The position numbers and the translations under genes are program-made. Under the pieces are notes generated by a model. It was not told where the DNA came from, made no database searches, and saw only the letters and a list, made by a program, of their open reading frames with translations. 32,281 nucleotides of DNA from a virus (lineage: Duplodnaviria > Caudoviricetes), in IMG/VR virus record IMGVR_UViG_3300027777_000091, positions 1 through 32,281 of that record; one strand, written 5' to 3'. This document shows positions 16,810 to 25,192 of the stretch, in pieces (position 1 is the first letter of the stretch; each line of letters opens with the position of its first letter).

Positions 16810-16915
16810 GTTTGAACCTAAAGAAGACCCGCCTTGGGTCATTGTGCTGGCGTCGATTGCCGTAGGCGCATCTGCTGCCATCGTCCTGTTTCTTGCGCTA
16901 AGTGGAGGCATCTGA
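16802..16915 (+). CDS. 37-aa single-TM membrane peptide
   Basis: MNKFEPKEDPPWVIVLASIAVGASAAIVLFLALSGGI; AAGGAAG RBS; TGATG-coupled to the next gene. Confidence 0.65.
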   Translation: MNKFEPKEDPPWVIVLASIAVGASAAIVLFLALSGGI

Positions 16916-17586
16916 TGGCAATTCAGTTAAAGAGAACCAAAGAGGCAACCGCGCAAGCGGTCAAGTTGCTGGTCTACGGACAAGCCGGCGCAGGAAAGAC
17001 CAGTCTCATTCCGACCTTACCAACGCCGGTCATTTTGAGTGCCGAAGGCGGTTTGTTGAGTATTGCCGATACTAACTTGCCGTTCATTGAGATCACCTCG
17101 ATGCAGGAGCTTCAGGAGGCCTACAAGTGGCTTACCAGCAGCGCCGAAGCGGGTGAGTTTCAGTCTGTGGCTCTGGACAGCATTTCGGAGATCGCCGAGG
17201 TGGTGCTGAACGCTGAGAAGAAGATCAATAAAGACCCCAGAGCGGCGTATGGCGCGATGCAGGAACAGATGGCCGATGTAATCCGGGCCTTCCGCGATCT
17301 ACCCGGCAAGCACGTCTATATGAGCGCCAAGTTGGAAAAGACTCAGGACGAGATGGGCCGCGTGTTGTATGCACCAAGTATGCCGGGGAACAAGACGGGT
17401 CAGAGCTTGCCGTACTTTTTTGACGAGGTACTGGCTTTGCGGGTAGAAAAAGACGCCGAAGGGATGACCCGCAGAGCGTTGATGACTGATAACGATGGGT
17501 TGTGGCTTGCTAAGGACCGTAGCGGCAAGCTGGATGTTTGGGAAGACGCCGATCTTGGCGACATCATAAGGAAGATTGGATCATGA
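16915..17586 (+). CDS. Sak4-like AAA_24 ATPase (phage recombinase / single-strand annealing)
   Basis: KLLVYGQAGAGKT Walker A, SAEGGLLS, VALDSISE Walker B, LAKDRSGKL; GGAGG RBS. Confidence 0.85.
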   Translation: MAIQLKRTKEATAQAVKLLVYGQAGAGKTSLIPTLPTPVILSAEGGLLSIADTNLPFIEITSMQELQEAYKWLTSSAEAGEFQSVALDSISEIAEVVLNAEKKINKDPRAAYGAMQEQMADVIRAFRDLPGKHVYMSAKLEKTQDEMGRVLYAPSMPGNKTGQSLPYFFDEVLALRVEKDAEGMTRRALMTDNDGLWLAKDRSGKLDVWEDADLGDIIRKIGS

Positions 17587-17987
17587 GAGTTTTTGACGAT
17601 ATTACGCTTGACGAACTTGCCGAGCGGTGGATTGGTTATAAGGAAGCCGAGAAGGTTGCCGTTGAGTGCCGCCGCGAGATTGAAGACCAGATCGCCAAAA
17701 AGGTTCAGTTCCCCGAGACGTTTGAGGGGACTGAGAACGTGGTGCAAGTCGGGTCACCTTTCGCTATTAAGATTGAAGGTCGGGTCAATCGGACGGTCAA
17801 CGCTGACAAGTTGTTAATCATCGCCCATGAAACGGGTAATGAAGAGCATTTGTCCACGGTGTTCCGCTGGAAACCTGAGATCAATATGACCGTCTGGAAA
17901 GCAACAGACGAGTCAATCACCAAACCGTTTGCGGCAGCGATTACTGCCAAGCCCGGTCGCCCATCGTTCACCATCACAAGGAAGTGA
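17583..17987 (+). CDS. Conserved hypothetical protein of the recombination module
   Basis: ATGA-coupled; LAERW...K.AE...RREIEDQI, FRWKPEIN and KPGRPSFTI motifs. Confidence 0.7.
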   Translation: MRVFDDITLDELAERWIGYKEAEKVAVECRREIEDQIAKKVQFPETFEGTENVVQVGSPFAIKIEGRVNRTVNADKLLIIAHETGNEEHLSTVFRWKPEINMTVWKATDESITKPFAAAITAKPGRPSFTITRK

Positions 17988-17988
17988 A

Positions 17989-18468
17989 ATGCTTTTAGAC
18001 GAAACCTTTGACGTTGCCTCGCTACCTCAGTCGGAGCGCAACTTTGAACCCCTGCCCGCTGGCTGGTACACCGCAACAATCTCCAACGCAGAAGTGATGC
18101 CAACGAAGATGGGCAACGGAAAGTACATCAAGATTCGCTATGACATCCAAGGCCCAACGCATCAGGGGCGTGTTGTGTTTGGCAACTTGAATGTACGCAA
18201 CCCAAACCCGAAGGCCGAAGAGATCGGACGCCAGCAGCTTGGCGAGATCATGCGAGCGATTGGCCTGACCAGCTTAAAAGATACGGATCAGATGATCGGC
18301 GGCAACTTGTTGATCAAGTTGGATATTCGGATCTCTGAGCAGTACGGCAACAGCAACGAGGTTAAGGGGTTTAAGTCGTTGTCTGGCGGTGCTGCACCTG
18401 CACCTAAGGCTGCACCATCGGTGCCGGCTTCTGGTGTGAAGGCAGCGCCACCGTGGGCTAAGAAGTAA
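17989..18468 (+). CDS. DUF669-like single-stranded DNA-binding protein
   Basis: FEPLPAGWY, GRVVFGNLN..NPNPKAEEIGRQQL, NEVKGFK and a Pro/Ala tail ending PPWAKK; follows the Sak4-like gene. Confidence 0.8.
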   Translation: MLLDETFDVASLPQSERNFEPLPAGWYTATISNAEVMPTKMGNGKYIKIRYDIQGPTHQGRVVFGNLNVRNPNPKAEEIGRQQLGEIMRAIGLTSLKDTDQMIGGNLLIKLDIRISEQYGNSNEVKGFKSLSGGAAPAPKAAPSVPASGVKAAPPWAKK

Positions 18469-18473
18469 CAGGC

Positions 18474-18503
18474 AAAAAAATGCCCCGGTGGAGTGCCGGG
18501 GCA
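18474..18503 (-). terminator. Intrinsic terminator oriented for minus-strand transcripts
   Basis: Hairpin TGCCCCGG-tggagtg-CCGGGGCA (18481-18503) preceded on + by A7, i.e. followed by a U-tract on the - strand. Confidence 0.65.
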
Positions 18504-18529
18504 AATCGATACCAAGGAGAGAGCACGAA

Positions 18530-19555
18530 ATGAAAATACCTGACGCTCAGTATAGCATCCCAGAACTTGTAGACCAATACCACGCAAGCAAACCTGAGAA
18601 GCCTAGAGCGCATCTTGGCGCAAGTCAGTTGGGTCACGCTTGCGACCGTTGGTTATGGCTGTCGTTCCGATGGGCCGTGGCATCCAAGTTTGAAGGTCGC
18701 GTGTTACGGATGTTTCGTCGCGGCCAGAACGAAGAAGCCACGATCAAGGATGATCTCCAAGCCATAGGCATTGAGTTCAAGCCAGGGACGGCGCAAGAGC
18801 GTGTTGACTTTGGTTGTCACATCAGCGGGAGCATAGATGACATCGCACTATCTGGAGTGCCGGGAGCGCCACAGAAGAAACACGTTTGTGAGTACAAGAC
18901 ACACAACAAAAAATCGTTTGAACAAGTTGAAGACAAGGGTGTGGAGCGTGCAAAGTTTGATCACTTTGTGCAAATGCAGTCTTATATGCACGGCACTGGT
19001 ATTGACAGGGCGTTGTATGTGGCTGTCTGCAAAGATGACGACAGAATTTATACCGAGCGGGTGGAGTACGACAAAGGCGTTGCCGAAAACGCAATAGCCC
19101 GTGGTAAGCGGATTGCATTGTCTGACCGGATGCCTGAGCCTTTAAGCGCAGACCCCAGCTGGTATCAATGCAAGTGGTGTGCGGCGCATGAGTTCTGCCA
19201 CGGCGACCGCCTGACCAAAGAGGTCAACTGCCGCACCTGCGCCCATAGCACTGCGACCGAGGATTCCAAGTGGATCTGTGAGCGCCATGCTGGTAACGAG
19301 ATTCCGGTGGAATGGCAGCGTGAGGGTTGCAACGCCCATGTTTTGCACCCTGATATGGTCCCGTGGCAGCGCAAGGAGGCCGGTGACGAGTGGCAGACGA
19401 TCTACGTCATCAAAGGCAAGGAAGTGGTTAACGGTGAGCCAAGTGATAGTGTGTACGGGTCTAAGGAACTGGTTGCCAACGCGCAAGCCTGTGCTGAGTC
19501 TGACGAAAGGATGATTGAGTTTCGGAAGATGTTTGATGCGCGGGTAGTTGGATGA
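18530..19555 (+). CDS. Cas4-like PD-(D/E)XK exonuclease
   Basis: LGASQLGHAC, GSIDD, CEYKT, QMQSYM and CKWC....FC (Cys 1+3 Fe-S pattern); AAGGAG RBS. Confidence 0.85.
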   Translation: MKIPDAQYSIPELVDQYHASKPEKPRAHLGASQLGHACDRWLWLSFRWAVASKFEGRVLRMFRRGQNEEATIKDDLQAIGIEFKPGTAQERVDFGCHISGSIDDIALSGVPGAPQKKHVCEYKTHNKKSFEQVEDKGVERAKFDHFVQMQSYMHGTGIDRALYVAVCKDDDRIYTERVEYDKGVAENAIARGKRIALSDRMPEPLSADPSWYQCKWCAAHEFCHGDRLTKEVNCRTCAHSTATEDSKWICERHAGNEIPVEWQREGCNAHVLHPDMVPWQRKEAGDEWQTIYVIKGKEVVNGEPSDSVYGSKELVANAQACAESDERMIEFRKMFDARVVG

Positions 19556-21153
19556 TCCTTCGTGACTACCAGCAGCGGGCCATTACCGACTTGTACAACT
19601 GGTTTCTTGCCGGCTACTTGGGAAACCCTTGTTTGGTGTTGCCCACAGGCTCAGGCAAGAGCCACATCGTTGCCGCTATCTGCGAAGACGCGCTGACCAA
19701 GTGGCCTGAGACTCGCATCTTGATGTTGACCCACGTTAAAGAACTGATTGAGCAAAACGCCGAGAAGATGTACGTACATTGGCCGGACGCCCCGCTTGGT
19801 ATTTATAGCGCGGGCATAGGGCGGCGTGAGTTACACCAGCCGATCACGTTTGCTGGCATTCAGTCTGTGCGGGACAAGGCGGCGCAGATTGACCACGTTG
19901 ATCTGGTGATCATTGACGAATGCCACCTAGTAAACCATAAGGACACGGGCGGCTATCGTGATCTGCTGCGCCAGCTACATCGCATCAACCCAAACCTGCG
20001 TGTCATTGGCCTGACTGCTACGCCGTACCGGCTAGGCCACGGCATGATCACCGATGAGCCGGCAATCTTCAACGCACTAATTGAACCAGTAACGATTGAA
20101 GAGTTGATCTTCAAAAAGCACCTTGCTCCGCTGCGCTCCAAGCTAACGTCAACGGCGTTAGATACCACTGGCGTTGCCAAGCGTGGTGGTGAGTTTGTTG
20201 AAGGCGAGCTACAGAAGGCGGTCAACACCAAAGACCAAAACGTGCGCGTGGTCAGCGAGGTGATTGCGTTGGCAGAAGATCGGCAGCATTGGTTGTTCTT
20301 TTGTACCGGCGTATCCCACGCCCAGAACGTCTGCGAGATCCTAAACTATTGGGGTGTGCCGTCCAAGTGTGTGACCGGCGAAACGCCCAAGAAAGAACGC
20401 GAGAAGATTATTGAGGAGTTCAAGACCGGAAAGATCAAGGCGTTGACCAACGCCAACGTGCTGACCACAGGGTTTGACTATCCAGACATTGACCTGATTG
20501 CAATGCTGCGGCCAACGATGTCCCCTGGGTTGTACATTCAGATGGCCGGTCGAGGGATGCGTCCTAAAAGCCACACCGATCATTGCTTGGTGCTGGACTT
20601 TGCCAAGGTGGTTGCAACGCATGGCCCGATCACCAACGTGCAACCACCAAAGAAAGGCGGTTCTGGCGACGGTACTGCCCCGGTCAAGGTATGCGACAAC
20701 TGCAACGAGATCTGTGCGCTGGCGGTGCGCGTATGCCCCGCTTGCGGAACGGATTTCCCCGCTGTTGAGCCTAAGAAACTAAGGCTACAGTATGACGACA
20801 TTATGGGCGACAGCGGGACCGAGATGGCGGTCACCGACTGGTCTTGGCGGCGGCACGTTAGTCAGGCCAGCGGCAAGCTAATGGTGTCAATCACCTACTA
20901 CGGTGGCTTGAGTGATACGCCCATCACCGAATACCTGCCAATACTGCATTCTGGTTTTGCCGGTGAGAAGGCGTTGGGTACGCTGTATTACATCGCTAAC
21001 AAAGCCCAAACAGTACTAAATCAGATCAACGAAGTCGCCGAGTCAGACGCGGTTGATTATGTTGTGGCGCAGATGAACCAAGGGTTTCCCCCAGTATCCA
21101 TTGAGTACAAGCGCGATGGAAAATTCTTTAGGGTTGTGAGCAGGAAGTGGTGA
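19552..21153 (+). CDS. Superfamily 2 DExH helicase (RadD/YejH-like) with Zn finger
   Basis: LRDYQ, PTGSGKS, IIDECH, GLTATPYR, LTTGFD, QMAGRGMR and CDNC..CPAC. Confidence 0.92.
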   Translation: MILRDYQQRAITDLYNWFLAGYLGNPCLVLPTGSGKSHIVAAICEDALTKWPETRILMLTHVKELIEQNAEKMYVHWPDAPLGIYSAGIGRRELHQPITFAGIQSVRDKAAQIDHVDLVIIDECHLVNHKDTGGYRDLLRQLHRINPNLRVIGLTATPYRLGHGMITDEPAIFNALIEPVTIEELIFKKHLAPLRSKLTSTALDTTGVAKRGGEFVEGELQKAVNTKDQNVRVVSEVIALAEDRQHWLFFCTGVSHAQNVCEILNYWGVPSKCVTGETPKKEREKIIEEFKTGKIKALTNANVLTTGFDYPDIDLIAMLRPTMSPGLYIQMAGRGMRPKSHTDHCLVLDFAKVVATHGPITNVQPPKKGGSGDGTAPVKVCDNCNEICALAVRVCPACGTDFPAVEPKKLRLQYDDIMGDSGTEMAVTDWSWRRHVSQASGKLMVSITYYGGLSDTPITEYLPILHSGFAGEKALGTLYYIANKAQTVLNQINEVAESDAVDYVVAQMNQGFPPVSIEYKRDGKFFRVVSRKW

Positions 21154-21833
21154 TGATTCATTATCATGGAACGCCTATTACCCCCAACCGAGCTATTGAA
21201 ACGATGGGAGGCAAGCATTTTTGCGTCAGTTACGCCAGACCAGACCAGTTGGAGCGTTGCCTTCGGTTGGGACAATCGTTGATGTTAGACAACGGGGCGT
21301 TTAGCGCCAAGACTCGTGGTTTGCAGTTTGACCGCGATGGGTTTTACAAATGGGTTGAGCCAATCTTGCGTCATCCAAATTGGGGCGTTGTGCCGGATGT
21401 CATTGACGGTACGGTTGAGCAGCAGCGCGAGATGGTGGCATCTTGGCCGTTTCGCAAAGAGTTTGGGATCCCCGTCTGGCATCTTGGTCTTTCGATTGAT
21501 TACCTTCTTGAACTTTGCGACCAATGGGGTCGCGTCTGTTTTGGGTCAGCTGGTGAGTATTGGCAGATCGGAACGCAGAAATGGACCGCCAGAATGGACG
21601 AGGCGTTCAACCAACTTGCCATTACTTTTGGGTCTGTGCCTTGGGTTCACGGCATGAGGATGTTGGGACAATCTGAAGGCCCATGGCCGTTAGCAAGCGC
21701 AGACTCTACCAATGTTGCAGTCAACCATTCTGGTTATGTGCAATGCGCTGGTTGTATGGCAAAAAGAATAGATGCAACCAACCCGCCAACCTTGCAATGG
21801 AAAGTAAAACCAACTCAAAAGACTTTATTATGA
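21153..21833 (+). CDS. tRNA-guanine-transglycosylase (TGT)/DpdA-like TIM-barrel protein
   Basis: Ordered motifs LMLDNGAFS, VPDVIDG, PVWH, WVHGMRMLG and SADST match the DSG.F / D / H..G / S.DS pattern of TGT/DpdA; TGATG-coupled to the helicase. Confidence 0.65.
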   Translation: MIHYHGTPITPNRAIETMGGKHFCVSYARPDQLERCLRLGQSLMLDNGAFSAKTRGLQFDRDGFYKWVEPILRHPNWGVVPDVIDGTVEQQREMVASWPFRKEFGIPVWHLGLSIDYLLELCDQWGRVCFGSAGEYWQIGTQKWTARMDEAFNQLAITFGSVPWVHGMRMLGQSEGPWPLASADSTNVAVNHSGYVQCAGCMAKRIDATNPPTLQWKVKPTQKTLL

Positions 21834-22090
21834 ACATTTACGAAACTTCTTTCTATTGCAAATGCCCTGTGAACAAAATTAGAATTTTGTATGAATTAAA
21901 GATAGAAACAAAGCAAATTATTGCAGTTGAGGAGTTGCTTAAACATATTGACCACTGGTATCAGGATGGGTTTCACGAGCTAATTGCAGATCATCTTGCT
22001 GAAAGTTTTGGCGGGATTCAAACATTAAAAGCCGATCATCATTCTGTAAAAATAACCACAACCAGAAAAGGAAATGAGCGTACCAACTGA
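21830..22090 (+). CDS. QueF-like tunnel-fold protein (86 aa)
   Basis: Start at ATG 21830 (ATGA overlap); FYCKCPVN...IAVEELLKHID...GFHELIADHL reproduces the CP, E and HE landmarks of QueF/QueF-L. Confidence 0.6.
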   Translation: MNIYETSFYCKCPVNKIRILYELKIETKQIIAVEELLKHIDHWYQDGFHELIADHLAESFGGIQTLKADHHSVKITTTRKGNERTN

Positions 22091-22403
22091 ACACGAAGAA
22101 CAACGCGAACTGGTGCGATGGTTTCGCCAGACGTATCCAGACGTTCGCATCTTCGCTATCCCAAACGGGGAAAAGCGCAGCATTAGCGTGGCGGCAAGGC
22201 TCAAAACCGAAGGCGTTAGCGCCGGGGTTCCTGACTTGTTTGTGCCGTCGTGGGGTTTGTGGATTGAGATGAAACGCCAAAAAGGAGGTGTGTTAAGACC
22301 GGAACAAAAAGATTGGATTGATTACCTACAGGGCTGCGGGCATCGGGTCATTGTGGGGTATGGGTTTGACGATGCCAAAACCAAAATTGGAGAGCAGAAA
22401 TGA
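22074..22403 (+). CDS. VRR-NUC domain nuclease (Holliday junction resolvase-like)
   Basis: EHEEQ, FAIPNG, GVSAGVPDL, IEMKRQKGG.L...QKDW. Confidence 0.88.
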   Translation: MSVPTEHEEQRELVRWFRQTYPDVRIFAIPNGEKRSISVAARLKTEGVSAGVPDLFVPSWGLWIEMKRQKGGVLRPEQKDWIDYLQGCGHRVIVGYGFDDAKTKIGEQK

Positions 22404-22720
22404 CCAAGAAACAAAAACCAGAGTTCAAAGTTAACTTTAGCCTTGCTGAGATGCTTCAGCGTTTTTCTGACTACGCCTTGGAGCCTGTATTCAGGTTGCC
22501 CAACAGCGAGCAGATTGTTGTGCCACATTTTATTGAGCCGCACAAATGGGTGGGATTGGGTGGGTTTATGTACACAACCGAGGAGTTGCTTAACTCCCGT
22601 GCCGTCCCAGAACTTCAATGCCTGTGGTCAAGACCGTGGACTGAAAAAATCATCTTCCAAGGTAAAGACAGGGCGTTTAGCAGCGCAGAACTCAAAATCT
22701 TAATAAAGGCACGGCTATGA
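22400..22720 (+). CDS. Hypothetical protein
   Basis: GGAG RBS; ATGA overlaps at both ends. Confidence 0.65.
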   Translation: MTKKQKPEFKVNFSLAEMLQRFSDYALEPVFRLPNSEQIVVPHFIEPHKWVGLGGFMYTTEELLNSRAVPELQCLWSRPWTEKIIFQGKDRAFSSAELKILIKARL

Positions 22721-22968
22721 ACAAAGCAGAAGCATGGCGCGAGTGGTGGTCCAAGATTCACAAAACGGTCCCCGCTGGCAGTTACACACCAAAGGAAGCG
22801 TATATGTACGAAGCGTGGGTTGCGGCGTGGGATGCGGCAGACAAGCAATCTCAAGCTGAGATCATTCATCTTAAAGAACAGTTGATGCGTGCCAACACCA
22901 ATGATGGTGCGTATAAGGCTGCGTTTTTGGCCGGTCAAATGACGGCGCGGGGAGGTAGTTGGAAATGA
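22717..22968 (+). CDS. Hypothetical protein
   Basis: ATGA-coupled; AW.EWW...AW.AAW pattern. Confidence 0.65.
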   Translation: MNKAEAWREWWSKIHKTVPAGSYTPKEAYMYEAWVAAWDAADKQSQAEIIHLKEQLMRANTNDGAYKAAFLAGQMTARGGSWK

Positions 22969-23222
22969 TTGACGATCTATCAGCACAAAACCCTGCGTCT
23001 TGTATCAATAGATCAGACATCATCCGCATAGCGCGGGAGGCTGGGTTTGCCGATGGGGTTGTAGATATCGTTGGGTTTGAGGGGTTTGAACGCTTCGCCG
23101 CCCTTGTTGCCGCGCATGAGCGGGAGGCGTGTCGCTTGATAGTGCTAGACAACAGCGACACCGAAGGCATTTGCTGTACTGATGATGTGCTTGAAACCTT
23201 CCGACAAAGGGTAGAGAAATGA
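22965..23222 (+). CDS. Hypothetical protein
   Basis: DIIRIAREAG...ERFAALVAAHEREAC motif common in proteobacterial phages; GGAGG RBS. Confidence 0.7.
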   Translation: MIDDLSAQNPASCINRSDIIRIAREAGFADGVVDIVGFEGFERFAALVAAHEREACRLIVLDNSDTEGICCTDDVLETFRQRVEK

Positions 23223-23572
23223 CTGACCGCGAACTAATGCAAAAGGCGCTAGAGGCCCTGCAATACGCATCAGAAGAAACAAAACCAGAGAACTTGCACG
23301 GATGCGATTGTTTGATTTGCAAAACCATTCTTGCTTTGCGCGATAGGCTGTCGCAACCAAAGACCCCCGAAGTCACCCCCGATGTGACCCCCCATGTGAT
23401 TGATTGCCCCCGGTGCGGTCATTGCTGTCCACAGTGGGTCGGTCTGACGGATGAGGAGATCAAATCCTTGCCAAGTTGGTGGCCTAGTTACGAAGACACC
23501 CCGGCTTTGGTTCAATTAGTTAAAGATGTTGAGGCCAAGCTGCGGGAGAAAAATGAGATACGGAATCCTTGA
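23219..23572 (+). CDS. Hypothetical protein with CxxC motifs
   Basis: MTDRELMQKALEAL...WVGLTDEEI...EAKLREKN pattern; CDCLIC and CPRCGHCC. Confidence 0.7.
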   Translation: MTDRELMQKALEALQYASEETKPENLHGCDCLICKTILALRDRLSQPKTPEVTPDVTPHVIDCPRCGHCCPQWVGLTDEEIKSLPSWWPSYEDTPALVQLVKDVEAKLREKNEIRNP

Positions 23573-23696
23573 CGACGAAGGCAACGTAGTGCGGTGGGTC
23601 TGGCATATGCCGCCGTACCCACACATCGTCCAGAAAATCAAACGCCAGCGCAAACCGAAGCTGGATCTATCTAACGTACCAGACGCATTGTTTTGA
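23553..23696 (+). CDS. 47-aa hypothetical protein (absent from the ORF track)
   Basis: GGGAG RBS; MRYGILDDEGNVVRWVWHMPPYPHIVQKIKRQRKPKLDLSNVPDALF. Confidence 0.65.
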   Translation: MRYGILDDEGNVVRWVWHMPPYPHIVQKIKRQRKPKLDLSNVPDALF

Positions 23697-23703
23697 GGTG
23701 AAT

Positions 23704-23958
23704 ATGAGCCAACAGAAGGTTCTTGATTACTTGAGTCAACATGGAGAGATGGCAAGGAAAGAAATGAAAGTGCCAGGTGTAACGCCCAAAGCGTTGTTTG
23801 GAATACTGAACCGTTTGTGCGCTAATGGTTCCGTCTCCAAACGTGAAGTTGGAGAAGAAAACAGAAGGTATTTTGTTTTTAATATCGGCCCTCCTTCGGT
23901 AGAGCCAGAGTACTCGTATATTCTTAGAAACTTACCCAGAAAGGAATTTCATGGCTAA
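23704..23958 (+). CDS. Putative winged-helix DNA-binding protein
   Basis: KVLDYLSQHGEM..KEM...GVTPKAL...LNRL...G.V followed by a beta wing; GAGGTG RBS. Confidence 0.5.
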   Translation: MSQQKVLDYLSQHGEMARKEMKVPGVTPKALFGILNRLCANGSVSKREVGEENRRYFVFNIGPPSVEPEYSYILRNLPRKEFHG

Positions 23959-24160
23959 TTTTGAAACGTGGCAGTATGACAACCTTGTCAAGTTTGCAGT
24001 AGAAGCAAACCAGCGGCTGGCGCTGCTTAATGCGGAGATTGACGCACTAAACGCCGACTTAAAGACGGCGATTAACGCCTACCGCGACTTACTTCGCCGC
24101 GACGCCCTTGGATTTTTCGAAGCTCCGCATCCCGCCAAAACCAAGAAGACCGGCGAGTAA
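23951..24160 (+). CDS. Coiled-coil hypothetical protein, last gene of the early operon
   Basis: AAGGA RBS; NFETW..DNLVKFA.EA...DLKTAINAYR. Confidence 0.7.
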   Translation: MANFETWQYDNLVKFAVEANQRLALLNAEIDALNADLKTAINAYRDLLRRDALGFFEAPHPAKTKKTGE

Positions 24161-24526
24161 CGTCATCAACTGTTCAACTTGGAGGTCTGGCGGTGCGGCC
24201 AGACCTTTCGGGATCAGGTCAACGCCCTGCCCAAACGCCCAGATCCATTGCATCAGAGGGTAGCCGAGGAACTGGTAGGCTAGGCCAGCAACCCCAACCC
24301 AACCAACAGCAGGACGCCAGCCAGAGACAAATACGCTAGTAGACGCAGCTTCAATTTTATTGATGTCCACCTGGGCGAGATCGGTGGCTTGATCAATTTT
24401 CTTTTCCTCCAGAGCGAGTTTGCGCTCTTCGAGCGCCATCTCAAGTCTCTCCTTGTCGGTCGTAATGAGATCACCTGCAACTTTGCCAACTCCTTCGATG
24501 ATTGACCCGATACCTATCAAGTCCAT
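24089..24526 (-). CDS. Holin, 3TM gene-transfer-agent type
   Basis: AQVDINKIEAAS.S.FVSGWRPAVGW...LLGFGGMRSFEK signature; adjacent to the endolysin. Confidence 0.88.
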   Translation of the reverse strand: MDLIGIGSIIEGVGKVAGDLITTDKERLEMALEERKLALEEKKIDQATDLAQVDINKIEAASTSVFVSGWRPAVGWVGVAGLAYQFLGYPLMQWIWAFGQGVDLIPKGLAAPPDLQVEQLMTLLAGLLGFGGMRSFEKSKGVAAK

Positions 24527-25041
24527 TACTTGAGTCCTTTCAGAGTGCGATTTAACCAGCCCAACAGAAACTTAGACTGCGTGCGGTTCTTATTGCAGAT
24601 GTCAACGTATCGGGTAATTTTGGCAAGTGCGTAGGATTTTCTAAACGCTTCTGGTTCAACATTGTTGAACTTTTGCAAGGTCACGTTGCCAACAGCGCCG
24701 TCTGGGGTAGCGCCCACGATCAACTGCGCGAGCTTGACCGCAACTTTGATGCCGGTGTTTACGCCGAAATTGAAGATGTTTTCTGCAACAACTTGCTGCG
24801 TAATTTCATCCCCTCGGACACGATCCCAAAACTCAACTTTATAAAAGTTGCGAACCATACTAGTGAGGAGCGGGTTATCAACAGCGCCGTTGTCAATGAG
24901 GTTCCAGCCGGGCCAGTGCGGGTTTGGGTTTCGAGCAATTCCAGCATAAGTCATCCCCCCGGTATCCCCGGCAACAGTGTGTAGAACGTAACCGCCTTCA
25001 TCGACGATCATCTTGTCAAAAGCGGGATTGAAGTCAGCCAT
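24526..25041 (-). CDS. Endolysin, glycoside hydrolase family 108 with peptidoglycan-binding domain
   Basis: EGGY...D.GG.T.AGI catalytic motif, FNFGVNTG, DG.VG..T and C-terminal FLLGWLNR; start at ATG 25041. Confidence 0.9.
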   Translation of the reverse strand: MADFNPAFDKMIVDEGGYVLHTVAGDTGGMTYAGIARNPNPHWPGWNLIDNGAVDNPLLTSMVRNFYKVEFWDRVRGDEITQQVVAENIFNFGVNTGIKVAVKLAQLIVGATPDGAVGNVTLQKFNNVEPEAFRKSYALAKITRYVDICNKNRTQSKFLLGWLNRTLKGLK

Positions 25042-25192
25042 TGTGTGGTCTCTTGTTGATGAGGTCAAAAAGCGTCTTGACCTTTTCCTCAAGCACCGCG
25101 ACGCGCAGGTCGAGCTTGGCTAGGACGACAATCAACGTGATCAGCGCAAGAATCGCTGGCGACGCTTTTAGGATAAGTTCAAATGCGTCCAT
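25034..25192 (-). CDS. 52-aa TM + coiled-coil protein of the lysis module (absent from the ORF track)
   Basis: MDAFELILKASPAILALITLIVVLAKLDLRVAVLEEKVKTLFDLINKRPHNG; TGATG-coupled to the upstream gene. Confidence 0.75.
   Translation of the reverse strand: MDAFELILKASPAILALITLIVVLAKLDLRVAVLEEKVKTLFDLINKRPHNG

Noticed and set aside
18530-19555. CRISPR-Cas adaptation gene (cas4)
   Set aside because: No cas1, cas2 or array; its context (Sak4, SSB, helicase) is a standard phage recombination module.
21683-21829. 49-codon N-terminal extension of the QueF-like ORF
   Set aside because: It overlaps the TGT-like gene; the ATGA-coupled start at 21830 gives a clean T-fold-sized protein.
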